The notes under the pieces are model-generated. The model was given only the letters and a program-made list of their open reading frames with translations. It made no database searches and was not told the DNA's origin. The translations under genes were made by a program, and so were the position numbers. Shown in pieces: positions 54,082-63,687 of a stretch of 64,000 nucleotides of DNA; the stretch's first letter is position 1, and the number at the start of each line of letters is the position of its first letter. This DNA is from Thermoplasmata archaeon (GTDB lineage: Archaea; Thermoplasmatota; Thermoplasmata; Lutacidiplasmatales; UBA184), in NCBI GenBank assembly GCA_030037855.1, contig JASHPY010000077.1, forward strand, positions 2,035-66,034, in the 5' to 3' direction.

Positions 54082-55509
54082 ATGACCGACCTCCCCGACA
54101 AGACGACCGCGTTCATGGACTGGTACCTCGCGGTCGTCGAGGCCGCGAACCTCACCGACAAGCGCTACCCGGTGAAGGGGCTGAACGTCTGGACCGCCTA
54201 CGGTTTCCGGGCGCGACGGAACCTGGACGCCGTGCTCGTGCGGGAGATCGAGGCGACCGGTTCCGAGGCGGTCGAGTTCCCGGCGCTGATCCCGGCAACC
54301 GAGTTCGCGAAGGAGAAGGAGCACATCAAGGGGTTCGATGCCGAGGTCTACTGGGTCACGAAGGGTGGCCTGTCGGACCTCGATGTTCCGCTCGTGCTCC
54401 GGCCCACGAGCGAGACCGCGATGTACCCGGTGTTCGCGCTGTGGATCCGTTCGCACCGGGACCTGCCGCTCAACGTCTACCAGATCGTCAACTCGTTCCG
54501 CTACGAGACGAAGACGACCCGCCCGTTCGTCCGCGTTCGGGAGATCCACTTCTTCGAAGAGCACACGTGCCAGGCGAACGAGGCGCACGCGACCGAGCGC
54601 GTGCGCTCGAACCTCGGGGCGTTCCGCAAGATGGCCGACGCGTTCGCCCTACCGTACCTCGCGATCCGCCGGCCCGACTGGGACAAGTTTCCCGGCGCGT
54701 TCTACACGGTCGCGCTCGACAGCCCCCTCGGCGGGGCGCGCACGCTCCAGCTCGGAAGCATCCATCACTACCGCGAGAACTTCTCGCGGCCGTACGCGAT
54801 CCAGTACGAGGCGGCCGACGGAAGCCAGCAGTTCGTCCACCAGACGACGTTCGGCCTCTCCGAGCGGCTGCTCGGCGCGATCGTCGCGGTCCACGGGGAC
54901 GCGAAGGGCGCGGTCTTCTCGAGCGCGATCGCCCCCTACCAGGTCGTCGTGATCCCGATCCTCGGGAGCGACGTCGGGGAGGCGCCGCTCCGGGTCGCCG
55001 AGGACGTCGCAGCGCGGCTCCGCCGTCACGGATACCGCGCCCATCTGGACGCCGGCGACGACCGCCCCGGCGCGAAGTTCTACCGTTGGGAGCAGGCCGG
55101 CGTTCCGCTGCGGCTCGAGGTCGGGCGGCGGGAGGCCGAGGCGCGGAGCGCGACGTCCGTGGATCGGCTCGGAACGAAGGGGCGCGTGGCGCTCGACCGG
55201 CTCGAGGGAGAGGTAGCGGACCGGCTCGCGGAGTTCGACCGCGCGCTGCGCGCGCGGGCGGACGCCGCGTTCGCCGCGTCGTTCTCGGTCGCCCGTTCGC
55301 TCGCCGAGCTCGCGGGCTCGACCCGCGTCCGGATCGTCGCGTGGTGCGGCAGCGAGGCGTGCGGCCATCAGATCGAGAGCGGGATCGATGGAGCGCTCCT
55401 CGGCACGCCCGAGGATGCGCTGCCGATCGATCCCGGAGCGCCCGGACCGTGCATCGGCTGCGGCGGGACCGAATCGACCCGTTGGGCGCTCGCGGGCCAG
55501 CCGCTCTGA
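54082..55509 (+). CDS. proS: proline--tRNA ligase, archaeal/eukaryotic type
   Basis: Class II aaRS motifs. N-terminus FMDWYLAVVEAANLTDKRYPVKG and C-terminal zinc-binding CGSEACGH...CIGCGG. Start at Met41 of ORF 53962..55509. Confidence 0.9.
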   Translation: MTDLPDKTTAFMDWYLAVVEAANLTDKRYPVKGLNVWTAYGFRARRNLDAVLVREIEATGSEAVEFPALIPATEFAKEKEHIKGFDAEVYWVTKGGLSDLDVPLVLRPTSETAMYPVFALWIRSHRDLPLNVYQIVNSFRYETKTTRPFVRVREIHFFEEHTCQANEAHATERVRSNLGAFRKMADAFALPYLAIRRPDWDKFPGAFYTVALDSPLGGARTLQLGSIHHYRENFSRPYAIQYEAADGSQQFVHQTTFGLSERLLGAIVAVHGDAKGAVFSSAIAPYQVVVIPILGSDVGEAPLRVAEDVAARLRRHGYRAHLDAGDDRPGAKFYRWEQAGVPLRLEVGRREAEARSATSVDRLGTKGRVALDRLEGEVADRLAEFDRALRARADAAFAASFSVARSLAELAGSTRVRIVAWCGSEACGHQIESGIDGALLGTPEDALPIDPGAPGPCIGCGGTESTRWALAGQPL

Positions 55510-55525
55510 CGGACGGACGCGCGCC

Positions 55526-55792
55526 CTACGTCGAGGGCGGGATCGGAACCGGAGGATTCGGCAGGACGAGCCACATCCCCGAGAGCCCGAAGAGGAGCAA
55601 GGTGATCACGACCGCGTAGACCCCGTTGTCGAGCCACACGCCGAACGCCACCCCCCACCACACGTAGAACGCGACCGCGAGAACGACCAGCGACGCGAAC
55701 CCCCAGAACGAGACGCGGCGCACGAGCGACATCTCGCGGAGCCGTACCGGCTCGGGCGCCGGTTCGGGTGCGGAGGGCGGGTCGGTCGCCAT
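55526..55792 (-). CDS. hypothetical small membrane protein
   Basis: Two hydrophobic helices. Pro-rich termini. Confidence 0.35.
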   Translation of the reverse strand: MATDPPSAPEPAPEPVRLREMSLVRRVSFWGFASLVVLAVAFYVWWGVAFGVWLDNGVYAVVITLLLFGLSGMWLVLPNPPVPIPPST

Positions 55793-55911
55793 CGAGGGTC
55801 GATGACCCGGACCTCGTTAAATAACCCTTGCGGAGCCGCGCGCGGTCCCCGAACGGGCCGGAGCGGGACCGGCCAAATTCTTAACCGATACCCCGGGCTA
55901 GAACCGTCCCG

Positions 55912-57492
55912 ATGCCGGAGGCGCCCGTCCCCGAGGAGCCGAAGCGGGAGGACACCTCCCGCTTCGAGCGGCTTTCGCCCGACCAGCACCGCATCCTCGC
56001 CTACGCGAGCTCGATCGGTTCCGAGTTCGATTTCCCGCTCCTGGCGAACGCGATGGGGGTGGAGGAGGAGTGGCTCGCGGAGCATCTCGAGCGCCTCGTC
56101 CATCTCGGGGTGCTGCGCGAGCGGACCGGCGGCGACCGGTTCGCGTTCGCCACGGAGGAGTTCCGAGCGCGGGTCTATCGCTCGCTGACCGAGAGCCGTC
56201 TGCGGGTACTGCACCGGAAGATCGCGGAAGCGATGCAGCGAATGTACCCCACCGCCCCGGCCGAGGTCGTCGCCGAGCTCGGACGTCACTACTTCCTCGG
56301 AAAGGTCCCCGAGAAGTCCCGCCTGTACAACCGGCTCGCCTCCGAGAACGCCCGAGCGGCCGACGACCCGGAGTCGGCCGTACACTATCTCGAACGGGTC
56401 CGCGTCGACCTCGAGTCGATCCCCGGGGACCACCGCCACGAGCTCGCGGAGATCGACGAGGCGCTCGGCGAGCTCTGCTTCTCGACCGGAAACTTCGCCG
56501 AGGCGGACCGGTACTTCACCGCGGCGCTCGAGCGCCTCGGCAGCGACGAGCCACGGATCCGGGGCCGCTTACTGCTCGCGCGCGGCGAGGTCGCCCGGGA
56601 GAAGCTCGACGTCGAGAGCGCGACCCGCCAGGCGCTCGACGCCCAGCGCCTGTTCGAGGCGACCGACGACCGACTGGGGCGCGCGCAGACCTACCGGCTC
56701 CTCGGCCGGGTCGCGTTCCACCGCGGCCACTACCGCGAGGCGCTCGACGAGAGCATGCGCTCCCTCGACGCGCTCGGGGACCTCCGCGACCCCCGCCTGA
56801 TCGGCGAGCTGTCGATCGACATCGGGAACTCGTTCGCGCTGCTCGGGCCCGAGGTCAACCAGGAGGCGATCGCGTGGTACGAGCGGGCGATCGACCGGTT
56901 GACCCAGGCCGGCGAATGGGTCGAGCTCTCGCGCGCCTACCACAATCTCGGGGTCTCGCTCGGCGAGCGACGGCCGGAGGACGGGCTCGAGCAGCTCGAG
57001 CGCGCCCGGGAGATGGGGGACCGCGCGCACGACCCCCGGTCGGTCGGCCGGGCGCTCCTCTCGGGCGTGGAGTTCCGGCTCGGCCTCGGCCAGTTCGAGG
57101 AGGCGGCGCGGGACAACGAGCAGGCCGGCCGGCTCCTGGAGCGGCTCGACGACGTCCTCGGTCTCGAACAGGTCGAGGTGAACCGGGGCCAGATCGCGGA
57201 GAAGCGGGGCCAGTGGGACGACGCCGAGCGGGCGTACGAGAAGGCGCTGGCGGCGTGCCACCGGTTCCACCTGCGCGCCGACGAGGCGGAGGTCCACTAC
57301 TACCTCGCCCGGCTCCGGTTCAAGACCCGAAACCTGGAGGCGGCCCGCCACGAGCTCAGGGCCGCCGACAACCTCGACCTCACCGACCTACGTCCCGCAC
57401 TGGCCCCCCAGGTCGCGGAGCTGCGACGCCAGCTCGAGGAGCAGGTCGCGCCCGGTGCGTCCGGCCCCGCGGAGCCCGCCCCGCCGTCCTAA
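55912..57492 (+). CDS. TPR-repeat protein (NTPase-less paralogue of the downstream STAND protein)
   Basis: N-terminal winged-helix-like block LSPDQHRILAYASSIGSEFDFPLLA, then more than 8 TPR-like units. It parallels the C-terminal half of the next gene. Confidence 0.65.
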   Translation: MPEAPVPEEPKREDTSRFERLSPDQHRILAYASSIGSEFDFPLLANAMGVEEEWLAEHLERLVHLGVLRERTGGDRFAFATEEFRARVYRSLTESRLRVLHRKIAEAMQRMYPTAPAEVVAELGRHYFLGKVPEKSRLYNRLASENARAADDPESAVHYLERVRVDLESIPGDHRHELAEIDEALGELCFSTGNFAEADRYFTAALERLGSDEPRIRGRLLLARGEVAREKLDVESATRQALDAQRLFEATDDRLGRAQTYRLLGRVAFHRGHYREALDESMRSLDALGDLRDPRLIGELSIDIGNSFALLGPEVNQEAIAWYERAIDRLTQAGEWVELSRAYHNLGVSLGERRPEDGLEQLERAREMGDRAHDPRSVGRALLSGVEFRLGLGQFEEAARDNEQAGRLLERLDDVLGLEQVEVNRGQIAEKRGQWDDAERAYEKALAACHRFHLRADEAEVHYYLARLRFKTRNLEAARHELRAADNLDLTDLRPALAPQVAELRRQLEEQVAPGASGPAEPAPPS

Positions 57493-57537
57493 AGCCGTAG
57501 CCGGGATGTACTCACCGAGGCGGCACCGCGCGGGATC

Positions 57538-59961
57538 ATGTCCGGGTCCGATCCATCGCGGGGGGCGGCCGTGCCTCCGATATTCGGGCGGGGCGAGGCG
57601 GTGATCGAGGTCGGGCGCACGCTCGACCGCGCCCGCGCGGGAGCGGGTGAGGGGCTCCTCCTGTCGGGAGACGACGGGGCCGGGAAGAGCCTGTTCCTTC
57701 GGACGGCGGCCCAGCGCGCCCGCCACCAGGGTTTCCGGGTACTGATCGGCCGGGCCCTCCCCGAGGAGATCCCGCAGCCGTTCTCGCTGCTGCGCGACCT
57801 CGTGCGCCCATCCGATCGGTCCTCCCGCGGCGAGCGCTCGGGCGCCGGCCCTCCGGTGTCGCTCCCCGGATTCCTGCTGACCGTGGACGGCGAAGCCGGG
57901 GGCGGGACCCGCCCGCCCGCCGACGCCGGCGAGCCGACCCCGGTGTCCGAGGGTCTCGCGACCATGCTCGCGCCGATGGACAGCCCCGGTGACTGGGTCG
58001 GAACGGTCCGTCAAGAGCTCTACGCGAACCTCGTGCAGTACCTCGCCGAACGCGCGGTCGACGAGCCGCTTTTGGTCGCGATCGACGACCTCCACTTCGC
58101 GGACGCGGCGTCGATCGAGTTCCTCAGCCGGCTCGCCACCGAGCTCGGCCACCTTCCGATCGCGATGGTCGCGACCGTGGCGACCGGCACGCGGATTCCT
58201 GCCGGGGTCCGCGAGCTCATCGAGTCGCTCGCCCGCTCGACCACGGTGCGCACGGTGGCGCTCCGGCCGCTGAGCGCGGCGGAGGTGGCGGAGTTCGCGA
58301 AGTGGGTCCGTCGGGGGATCCCGGCCGATGCGGCCGACGTGCTCCGCTGGCACGCCCAGACCGACGGGAACCCGCTCTTCGTCGAGCAGCTCGTCCGCTC
58401 GACCACGGGGGTCGGGACCCGGCCCGAGCTCGAGACGACCGGCGGCACCGCGGGCCTCCACGAGATCCTCCTCGCGCGGGTCCGCGCGCTCGGCGAGACG
58501 GAGCGGCGGACCCTGACCTACGCCGCGCTCCTCGGGAAGGAGTTCGCCTTCTCGAACCTGGCCGCGATCTCCGAGATGGACGAGGAGCGTGTGACCGAGA
58601 CGCTCGACCGCCTGGTCGCGGGCGGCCTCCTACGGGAGAAGGGGGACGAGGTCTTGGAGTTCGTGACGGAGGGCGTGCGGGCCGGGGTCTACGCCGAGCT
58701 CACCGAGACCCGTCGCCGGATCCTCCATCGGCGCGTCGGGCGGTCGCTCGAGGAGAAGCGCCTCGCCGGCGACTCCGAACTCGCGCGCCAGTTCTACCTT
58801 GGCCGCGACGACGCGAAGGCAGCCGAGTACAACCTCCGGGCCGGCACGAGCGCGATGCGCGGGTTCGCGTTCGAGACCGCCGTGCCGCACCTCGAGCGGG
58901 CGCTCGAGGCGGAGCGGCGGCGATCCGACCGGAGCCCCGCCCGCGAGGTCCGGATCCTCGTCGACCTGGGCCGGTCGTTCGACGAGCTCGGCGACCTCCA
59001 CCGGTCGGAGGTCGCGCTCTCGGACGCGGTCCTGCTCGCGCGGACCCGACCCGAGCTCGACCCCGAGCTCGGTCGGGCGCTCCTCGCCCTGGCCCAGACC
59101 CGCCAGGACCAGAGCGAGTACCCGAGCGCGCAGGCGCTCGCCGAGGAGGCCTACGGCCGGCTCGAACGGGGCGGCGCGCCCCGCGAGCTGATGACCGCCC
59201 ACCGCGTCCTCGGGATCGTCGGCTGGCGACTCGGCCGCCTCGCGGACGCCGAGCGGCACCTTCGGCTCGCGCTCGAGATCGCCGAGAACGAAGGCACCGC
59301 GGTCGAGCGAGGGCACGCGATGGTGGACGTCGCGAACACGATGCTGCTCCGAGACGGGGCGCAGTTCGGTCAGGCGCTCGATCTCTACGAGCGGGCGGCC
59401 GAGCTGTTCGGCTCCGGGCAGGACCTCGCCGCGCGGGCGCGCGTGCTGATGAACCGGGCGGTGCTGCTCTACTCCTCGGGACGCCGTGAGGACGGCCTCG
59501 CGGGATTGGACCTCGCGATCGACGCCGCGGAGCGGTCGCGCTCGCCGGTCTGGATCGGCTACTGCTACCTCAACCTCGCGCTCATGCAGGCGGAGCTCGG
59601 GAACCCGGAACGGGCCCGGCCGGCGCTCGAGCGCGCCGACGGGCTCCTCACCCCCCTCGGGGACCGGCTCGCGCCCGAGCAGCTCGCGCTCGCGCGCGGG
59701 CTGCTCGCCGAGGCCGAGCGCGACTACGACCGGGCCGAGGGTCACCTCGCGGACGCGCTCCACCAGGCTCGGGAGCTGAACGCGGAGCCCGAGGTCTCGG
59801 AGATCCTCTTTCGGCTCGCCCACGTGGCCCTCGCCCGCGGCGACCGGGCCGGGGCCCGCGCGAAGCTCGCCCAGGCCCGGGCCGCCGGGCTCGACGCGAA
59901 CCGCAGCGACCTCGCCACGCGGGTCGCCGAGCTCGATTCGGCGCTCGCGAAGCCGGATTGA
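57538..59961 (+). CDS. STAND-type P-loop NTPase (AAA_16-like) with winged-helix and TPR repeats
   Basis: Walker A GDDGAGKS and Walker B LLVAIDDLHFAD. WH block TLTYAALLGKEFAFSNLAAI. C-terminal TPR array. Confidence 0.75.
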   Translation: MSGSDPSRGAAVPPIFGRGEAVIEVGRTLDRARAGAGEGLLLSGDDGAGKSLFLRTAAQRARHQGFRVLIGRALPEEIPQPFSLLRDLVRPSDRSSRGERSGAGPPVSLPGFLLTVDGEAGGGTRPPADAGEPTPVSEGLATMLAPMDSPGDWVGTVRQELYANLVQYLAERAVDEPLLVAIDDLHFADAASIEFLSRLATELGHLPIAMVATVATGTRIPAGVRELIESLARSTTVRTVALRPLSAAEVAEFAKWVRRGIPADAADVLRWHAQTDGNPLFVEQLVRSTTGVGTRPELETTGGTAGLHEILLARVRALGETERRTLTYAALLGKEFAFSNLAAISEMDEERVTETLDRLVAGGLLREKGDEVLEFVTEGVRAGVYAELTETRRRILHRRVGRSLEEKRLAGDSELARQFYLGRDDAKAAEYNLRAGTSAMRGFAFETAVPHLERALEAERRRSDRSPAREVRILVDLGRSFDELGDLHRSEVALSDAVLLARTRPELDPELGRALLALAQTRQDQSEYPSAQALAEEAYGRLERGGAPRELMTAHRVLGIVGWRLGRLADAERHLRLALEIAENEGTAVERGHAMVDVANTMLLRDGAQFGQALDLYERAAELFGSGQDLAARARVLMNRAVLLYSSGRREDGLAGLDLAIDAAERSRSPVWIGYCYLNLALMQAELGNPERARPALERADGLLTPLGDRLAPEQLALARGLLAEAERDYDRAEGHLADALHQARELNAEPEVSEILFRLAHVALARGDRAGARAKLAQARAAGLDANRSDLATRVAELDSALAKPD

Positions 59962-60000
59962 CCCCCGGAGTTTTAGCGCCCTCCGCGGTCGGCGGCGTCG

Positions 60001-60825
60001 ATGGCGGGGGTCCGCGGCGACTCGTACGCGACCCGGGATGGCTCGCCGCTGCCCGACCGGAGCGACCCCGGGTTCGAACGCGACGTGCGCCGAATGTTCA
60101 GCCACATCGCCCGGCGGTACGAATGGTTCGACCACGTCGCGTCGCTGGGGAGCGACCTACTTTGGCGCCCCCGCGCGCTCTGGGACCTCGACCGGTTCCG
60201 GCCCCCCGGACCGGTCGAGCGAGTGCTGGACCTCGGGTGCGGGACCGGGGAGCTGACCCGCCTCACCGCCCGCCGGTTCCCCTCGGCGACCGTCGTCGGG
60301 CTCGACTTCACGGCCGCGATGCTCGCGGTCGCCCGTCGCCGCGCCGACTCCGGCGCGACCCGCGTCGCCTACGCCCGAGGGACCGCGATGCGACTGCCGT
60401 TCGCCGACGGAGTGTTCGACCTCGTCACGAACGCGTTCCTCGTCCGGAACCTGGTCGACCTCGAAGCGGCGCTGCGCGAGATGCACCGGGTGCTCCGACC
60501 GGGCGGGGTCCTCCTGATCCTCGAGATCACCGAGCCGGTCGCACCCGCGTTCGGTGCGCTCTTCCACGCGTACTTCGACCACGTCGTTCCTTGGCTCGGC
60601 GCCGCGATCGACAGCGCGGGGCCGTACCGCTACCTTCCCGAGTCGCTCCGCCGGCTCCCCCCGCGGCCCGCCTTCCGCGCCGCGCTCGAGCACGCGGGGT
60701 TCGCTCGCGCGGAGCTTCGGACGCAGTCCGGGGGGATCGTCACGGCGTTCCTTGCGGAGGCCGGCGGCGCCACCGAGCCCCGACCGCCTACCCTACGTCG
60801 TCCGGCCGCCGCGGCCGGACCATAG
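60001..60825 (+). CDS. ubiE: UbiE/MenG-type class I SAM-dependent methyltransferase (demethylmenaquinone methyltransferase-like)
   Basis: VRRMFSHIARRYEWFDHVASLG N-terminus characteristic of UbiE/MenG. Motif I VLDLGCGTG. Confidence 0.75.
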   Translation: MAGVRGDSYATRDGSPLPDRSDPGFERDVRRMFSHIARRYEWFDHVASLGSDLLWRPRALWDLDRFRPPGPVERVLDLGCGTGELTRLTARRFPSATVVGLDFTAAMLAVARRRADSGATRVAYARGTAMRLPFADGVFDLVTNAFLVRNLVDLEAALREMHRVLRPGGVLLILEITEPVAPAFGALFHAYFDHVVPWLGAAIDSAGPYRYLPESLRRLPPRPAFRAALEHAGFARAELRTQSGGIVTAFLAEAGGATEPRPPTLRRPAAAAGP

Positions 60826-60868
60826 CCGTTAAGTCGCTCCGCGCCCCGCTAGGAGTCCGAGGAGAGCG

Positions 60869-61984
60869 ATGCCGTTCGACCCGTTCCGATACGCCCACCA
60901 GCATCGGAACGAGATCGCGTGGCTGAGCCAGAACACGAACCATCTCGTGCCACCGGAGGTGATCGGGCCCGCGCTCGCGGAGGCGATCCGGGAGCGACGC
61001 TACGAGGGGTATCCGTACGGCCCCGGCGATCCCGAGCTCCTGGACCTCGTCGCGCGGGACTTCGGGCTTCCCGGTCAGCGCCCGTTCCTCACCGCCGGCG
61101 GGACCGAATCGCTTTACATGATCACGCGCGCGCTGCTCGCGGCCGGCGACGAGGTCGTCGCCTCCGACCCGAGCTATCTCATCATCCACCGGTTCGTCGA
61201 GCTCTCGGGCGCGCGGACGAAGAACCTCGACATCTACGCGCCGCCGTACCGGCTGACCGCGGAGCGGGTCCGGGAGGCGATCGGACCGAAGACCCGCATG
61301 ATCCTCCTGATCGACCCCTTGAACCCGCTCGGCTCGGGGTACCCGCGCGAGGAGGTCCGCGCGATCGCCGAGATCGCGCACGACCATCACCTCCTCTTGC
61401 TCAACGACGTGACGTACCGCGACTTCGCGGACGCGCCGGCCCTCGCCGCGGAGTACGCCCCCGAGTCGACGATCACGGTGTGGTCGGTCTCGAAGAACTG
61501 CGGGATCGCGGGGCTCCGGATCGGCGGATTCCTCGCGCCCCCCGAGCTCCTCGGCACGATCGCCCGGTTCAACACGAACGACCTCGGCGTGAACGTGCTG
61601 GCCCAGGTCGCGGCGATCGCCGCGCTCGGAACGAAGGGCGACTGGTTCGCCGCGGTGCGCCGGCAGACCCGCGAGAACGGCGCGCGGATCCGCGCGTGCG
61701 TCGACGGCGTCCCGGGCACGTCCCTTCCCGTCTACCCGTCGCAGGCGAACATGATGGTGATCGACGTCGCCCGTCTCGGGCTCTCCCCCGAGGCGCTGCA
61801 GCAGGAGCTGCTCGAGCGCCACGGCGTGTTCGTCCGGGCGGGGAACTACCTGTCGCCCGCGCACGGGAAGAAGTTCGTCCGCGTCTCGTTCTCGAACCCG
61901 CCGCGGGACATCGACCGGTTCGTCGCCGCATTCCCCGAAGCGGTCCGCGCGGTCGCGCACGGCGTCATCGCCCCCGCGGCCTAG
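60869..61984 (+). CDS. pyridoxal phosphate-dependent aminotransferase (class I/II)
   Basis: PLP-lysine region SVSKNCGIAGLRIG. About 370 aa. Confidence 0.8.
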   Translation: MPFDPFRYAHQHRNEIAWLSQNTNHLVPPEVIGPALAEAIRERRYEGYPYGPGDPELLDLVARDFGLPGQRPFLTAGGTESLYMITRALLAAGDEVVASDPSYLIIHRFVELSGARTKNLDIYAPPYRLTAERVREAIGPKTRMILLIDPLNPLGSGYPREEVRAIAEIAHDHHLLLLNDVTYRDFADAPALAAEYAPESTITVWSVSKNCGIAGLRIGGFLAPPELLGTIARFNTNDLGVNVLAQVAAIAALGTKGDWFAAVRRQTRENGARIRACVDGVPGTSLPVYPSQANMMVIDVARLGLSPEALQQELLERHGVFVRAGNYLSPAHGKKFVRVSFSNPPRDIDRFVAAFPEAVRAVAHGVIAPAA

Positions 61985-62859
61985 GGTCGTGGCCGGGCGC
62001 GAACGTCGACGACGACGTGGGCGCGCCCCGGTCCGTACGGCTTGACCTCGCGGGCGAGCGGCGCCCCGATCACGTCCGCCCTGGCCGCCCGCACGCTCTC
62101 GACCGTCCGCTCGACCGCGCGCTCGAGCGCCGGCCGGGCGTCCTCGACCGTGTGCACATGGAGCCAGCCGCCCGAGGGGCGAAGCAGCGGGACGGCCCGG
62201 GGGATCCACGGCGTCGCGTCCGGCAGGTAGCCGAGGAAGACCCGGTCCGCGTGCTCCGGGGCGATCGCGACAGAGCGGTTGTCCCCGAGGCGGCCATCCA
62301 CCCGGTCCCCGACCCCGTTCCGGGCCGCGTTCTCGAGCAGGTAACGATACGCGATCGGGTTCTTCTCGACCGCGACCACCCGGGCGGCCGAGCCTCGGAC
62401 CGCGGCGGGGATCGCGAAGTAGCCGATCCCCGCGAAGAGGTCGACGACCTCCTCGCCCGGACGCACGAGGTCCCCCGCGCGTCGGCGTTCGGTCCGGTTC
62501 CCCGCGGCGAACATGACCTCCGCCGCGTCGAACCGCCAACGGACCCCGTGCTCGACGACCTCGGTCTCGGTGGTCTCGCCCGCGATCCGCTCGACCCGGG
62601 GGCGTCGCAGCTCCCCTTCGACGGGGCCGACCTGCGTGATCACGGTCGCGACGCCGAGCTCTTCCTGCCACGCGCGACCGAGCAGCGGAAAGTACGGACG
62701 CAGCCGGTCGGGGAGTCGGAGCCGGAGGACGCGGCCGAGTCGCTGGTAACCGCTCGGCATGCCGGCGGCGAGCTCGTCCCCCGCGACCGCGCGGAGGCGC
62801 TCGCGCACCCGCTCGGCGGGAGGCCGTCGGGGCCCCCGCACGCTCGCGGGCGGTGACAT
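61981..62859 (-). CDS. tRNA (guanine37-N1)-methyltransferase Trm5/Met-10+ like family
   Basis: VVDLFAGIGYFAIPAA SAM motif, NPIAYRYLLENAARN, DRVFLGYLP. Start at Met37 of ORF 61981..62967. Confidence 0.7.
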   Translation of the reverse strand: MSPPASVRGPRRPPAERVRERLRAVAGDELAAGMPSGYQRLGRVLRLRLPDRLRPYFPLLGRAWQEELGVATVITQVGPVEGELRRPRVERIAGETTETEVVEHGVRWRFDAAEVMFAAGNRTERRRAGDLVRPGEEVVDLFAGIGYFAIPAAVRGSAARVVAVEKNPIAYRYLLENAARNGVGDRVDGRLGDNRSVAIAPEHADRVFLGYLPDATPWIPRAVPLLRPSGGWLHVHTVEDARPALERAVERTVESVRAARADVIGAPLAREVKPYGPGRAHVVVDVRARPRP

Positions 62860-62873
62860 CGGCGCGCGCCGGC

Positions 62874-63629
62874 CTACGCGGCGGGTCGCGCCGGGCCGGC
62901 CTCGAGGATGACCTCGAGGAACTGCTTGAGGTGCGCCGTCAGGATCGGGTTGTCGGTGAACCCGCACGCCTCGAGACCCGGTGCGGCGAGGAGCGCGTGG
63001 GCCCCGTCCGCGAGGACCTCGGTCGCGAGGAGGTTCTCGCGCGCGACGTACTCCACGCCCTCGGGAACGCGCTGGAGCGGGGCCGTGACGAACGTGACGT
63101 GGACGCCGCGCTTGACCGCGTGCTGGATCTTCTTCGTGAGCTCGTCCCGCACCTCCGCGACCTGCGGGGTCGTCAGGATGAACGTTGTCGCCGACTGGTC
63201 GAGCAGCTCGCCGATCTTCTGGACGACCTTGTCGTGGCCCGAGAGGAGGTAGACGAGCTGCGGCTCTCCGTGCTCCGCGACGACCCGATGGAGGTGCGCG
63301 AGCTTCTCGAACACTTCCTGGATCGCCGCCTTCAGCTGCTCGGCGACGTCGAGCGGCGCGGTCGGGCGGAAGAGGATCGGCTTCCCGCCGGTCGGCTCGG
63401 CGTACCCTTTCGCGGCGAGGGACTCGAGGACCTTGTAGGCGCTCGTCCGCGGGATCCCGGCGGCGGTCGCGAGCGTCGCGGCGTCGCCGACTCCCCGCGC
63501 GACGAGCGCGATGTACGCCCGGGCCTCGTACTGGGTGAGGCCGACCTTTCCGAGCACCTCGGCGGCGCGACGGAACTCCTCCGACGACTGGTTGCCGAGC
63601 GCGATCGCGGCCTCCTCGAACGTCGACAT
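62874..63629 (-). CDS. TrmB family transcriptional regulator
   Basis: N-terminal wHTH LTQYEARAYIALVARGVGDAATLATAAGIPRTSAYKVLESLAAKGY. Confidence 0.8.
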   Translation of the reverse strand: MSTFEEAAIALGNQSSEEFRRAAEVLGKVGLTQYEARAYIALVARGVGDAATLATAAGIPRTSAYKVLESLAAKGYAEPTGGKPILFRPTAPLDVAEQLKAAIQEVFEKLAHLHRVVAEHGEPQLVYLLSGHDKVVQKIGELLDQSATTFILTTPQVAEVRDELTKKIQHAVKRGVHVTFVTAPLQRVPEGVEYVARENLLATEVLADGAHALLAAPGLEACGFTDNPILTAHLKQFLEVILEAGPARPAA

Positions 63630-63687
63630 GCGCGTGCCGGGGGCGGACGGGGGGCGCCCGTCTTAACCCTGCGCCCGGGGCCGTCCG

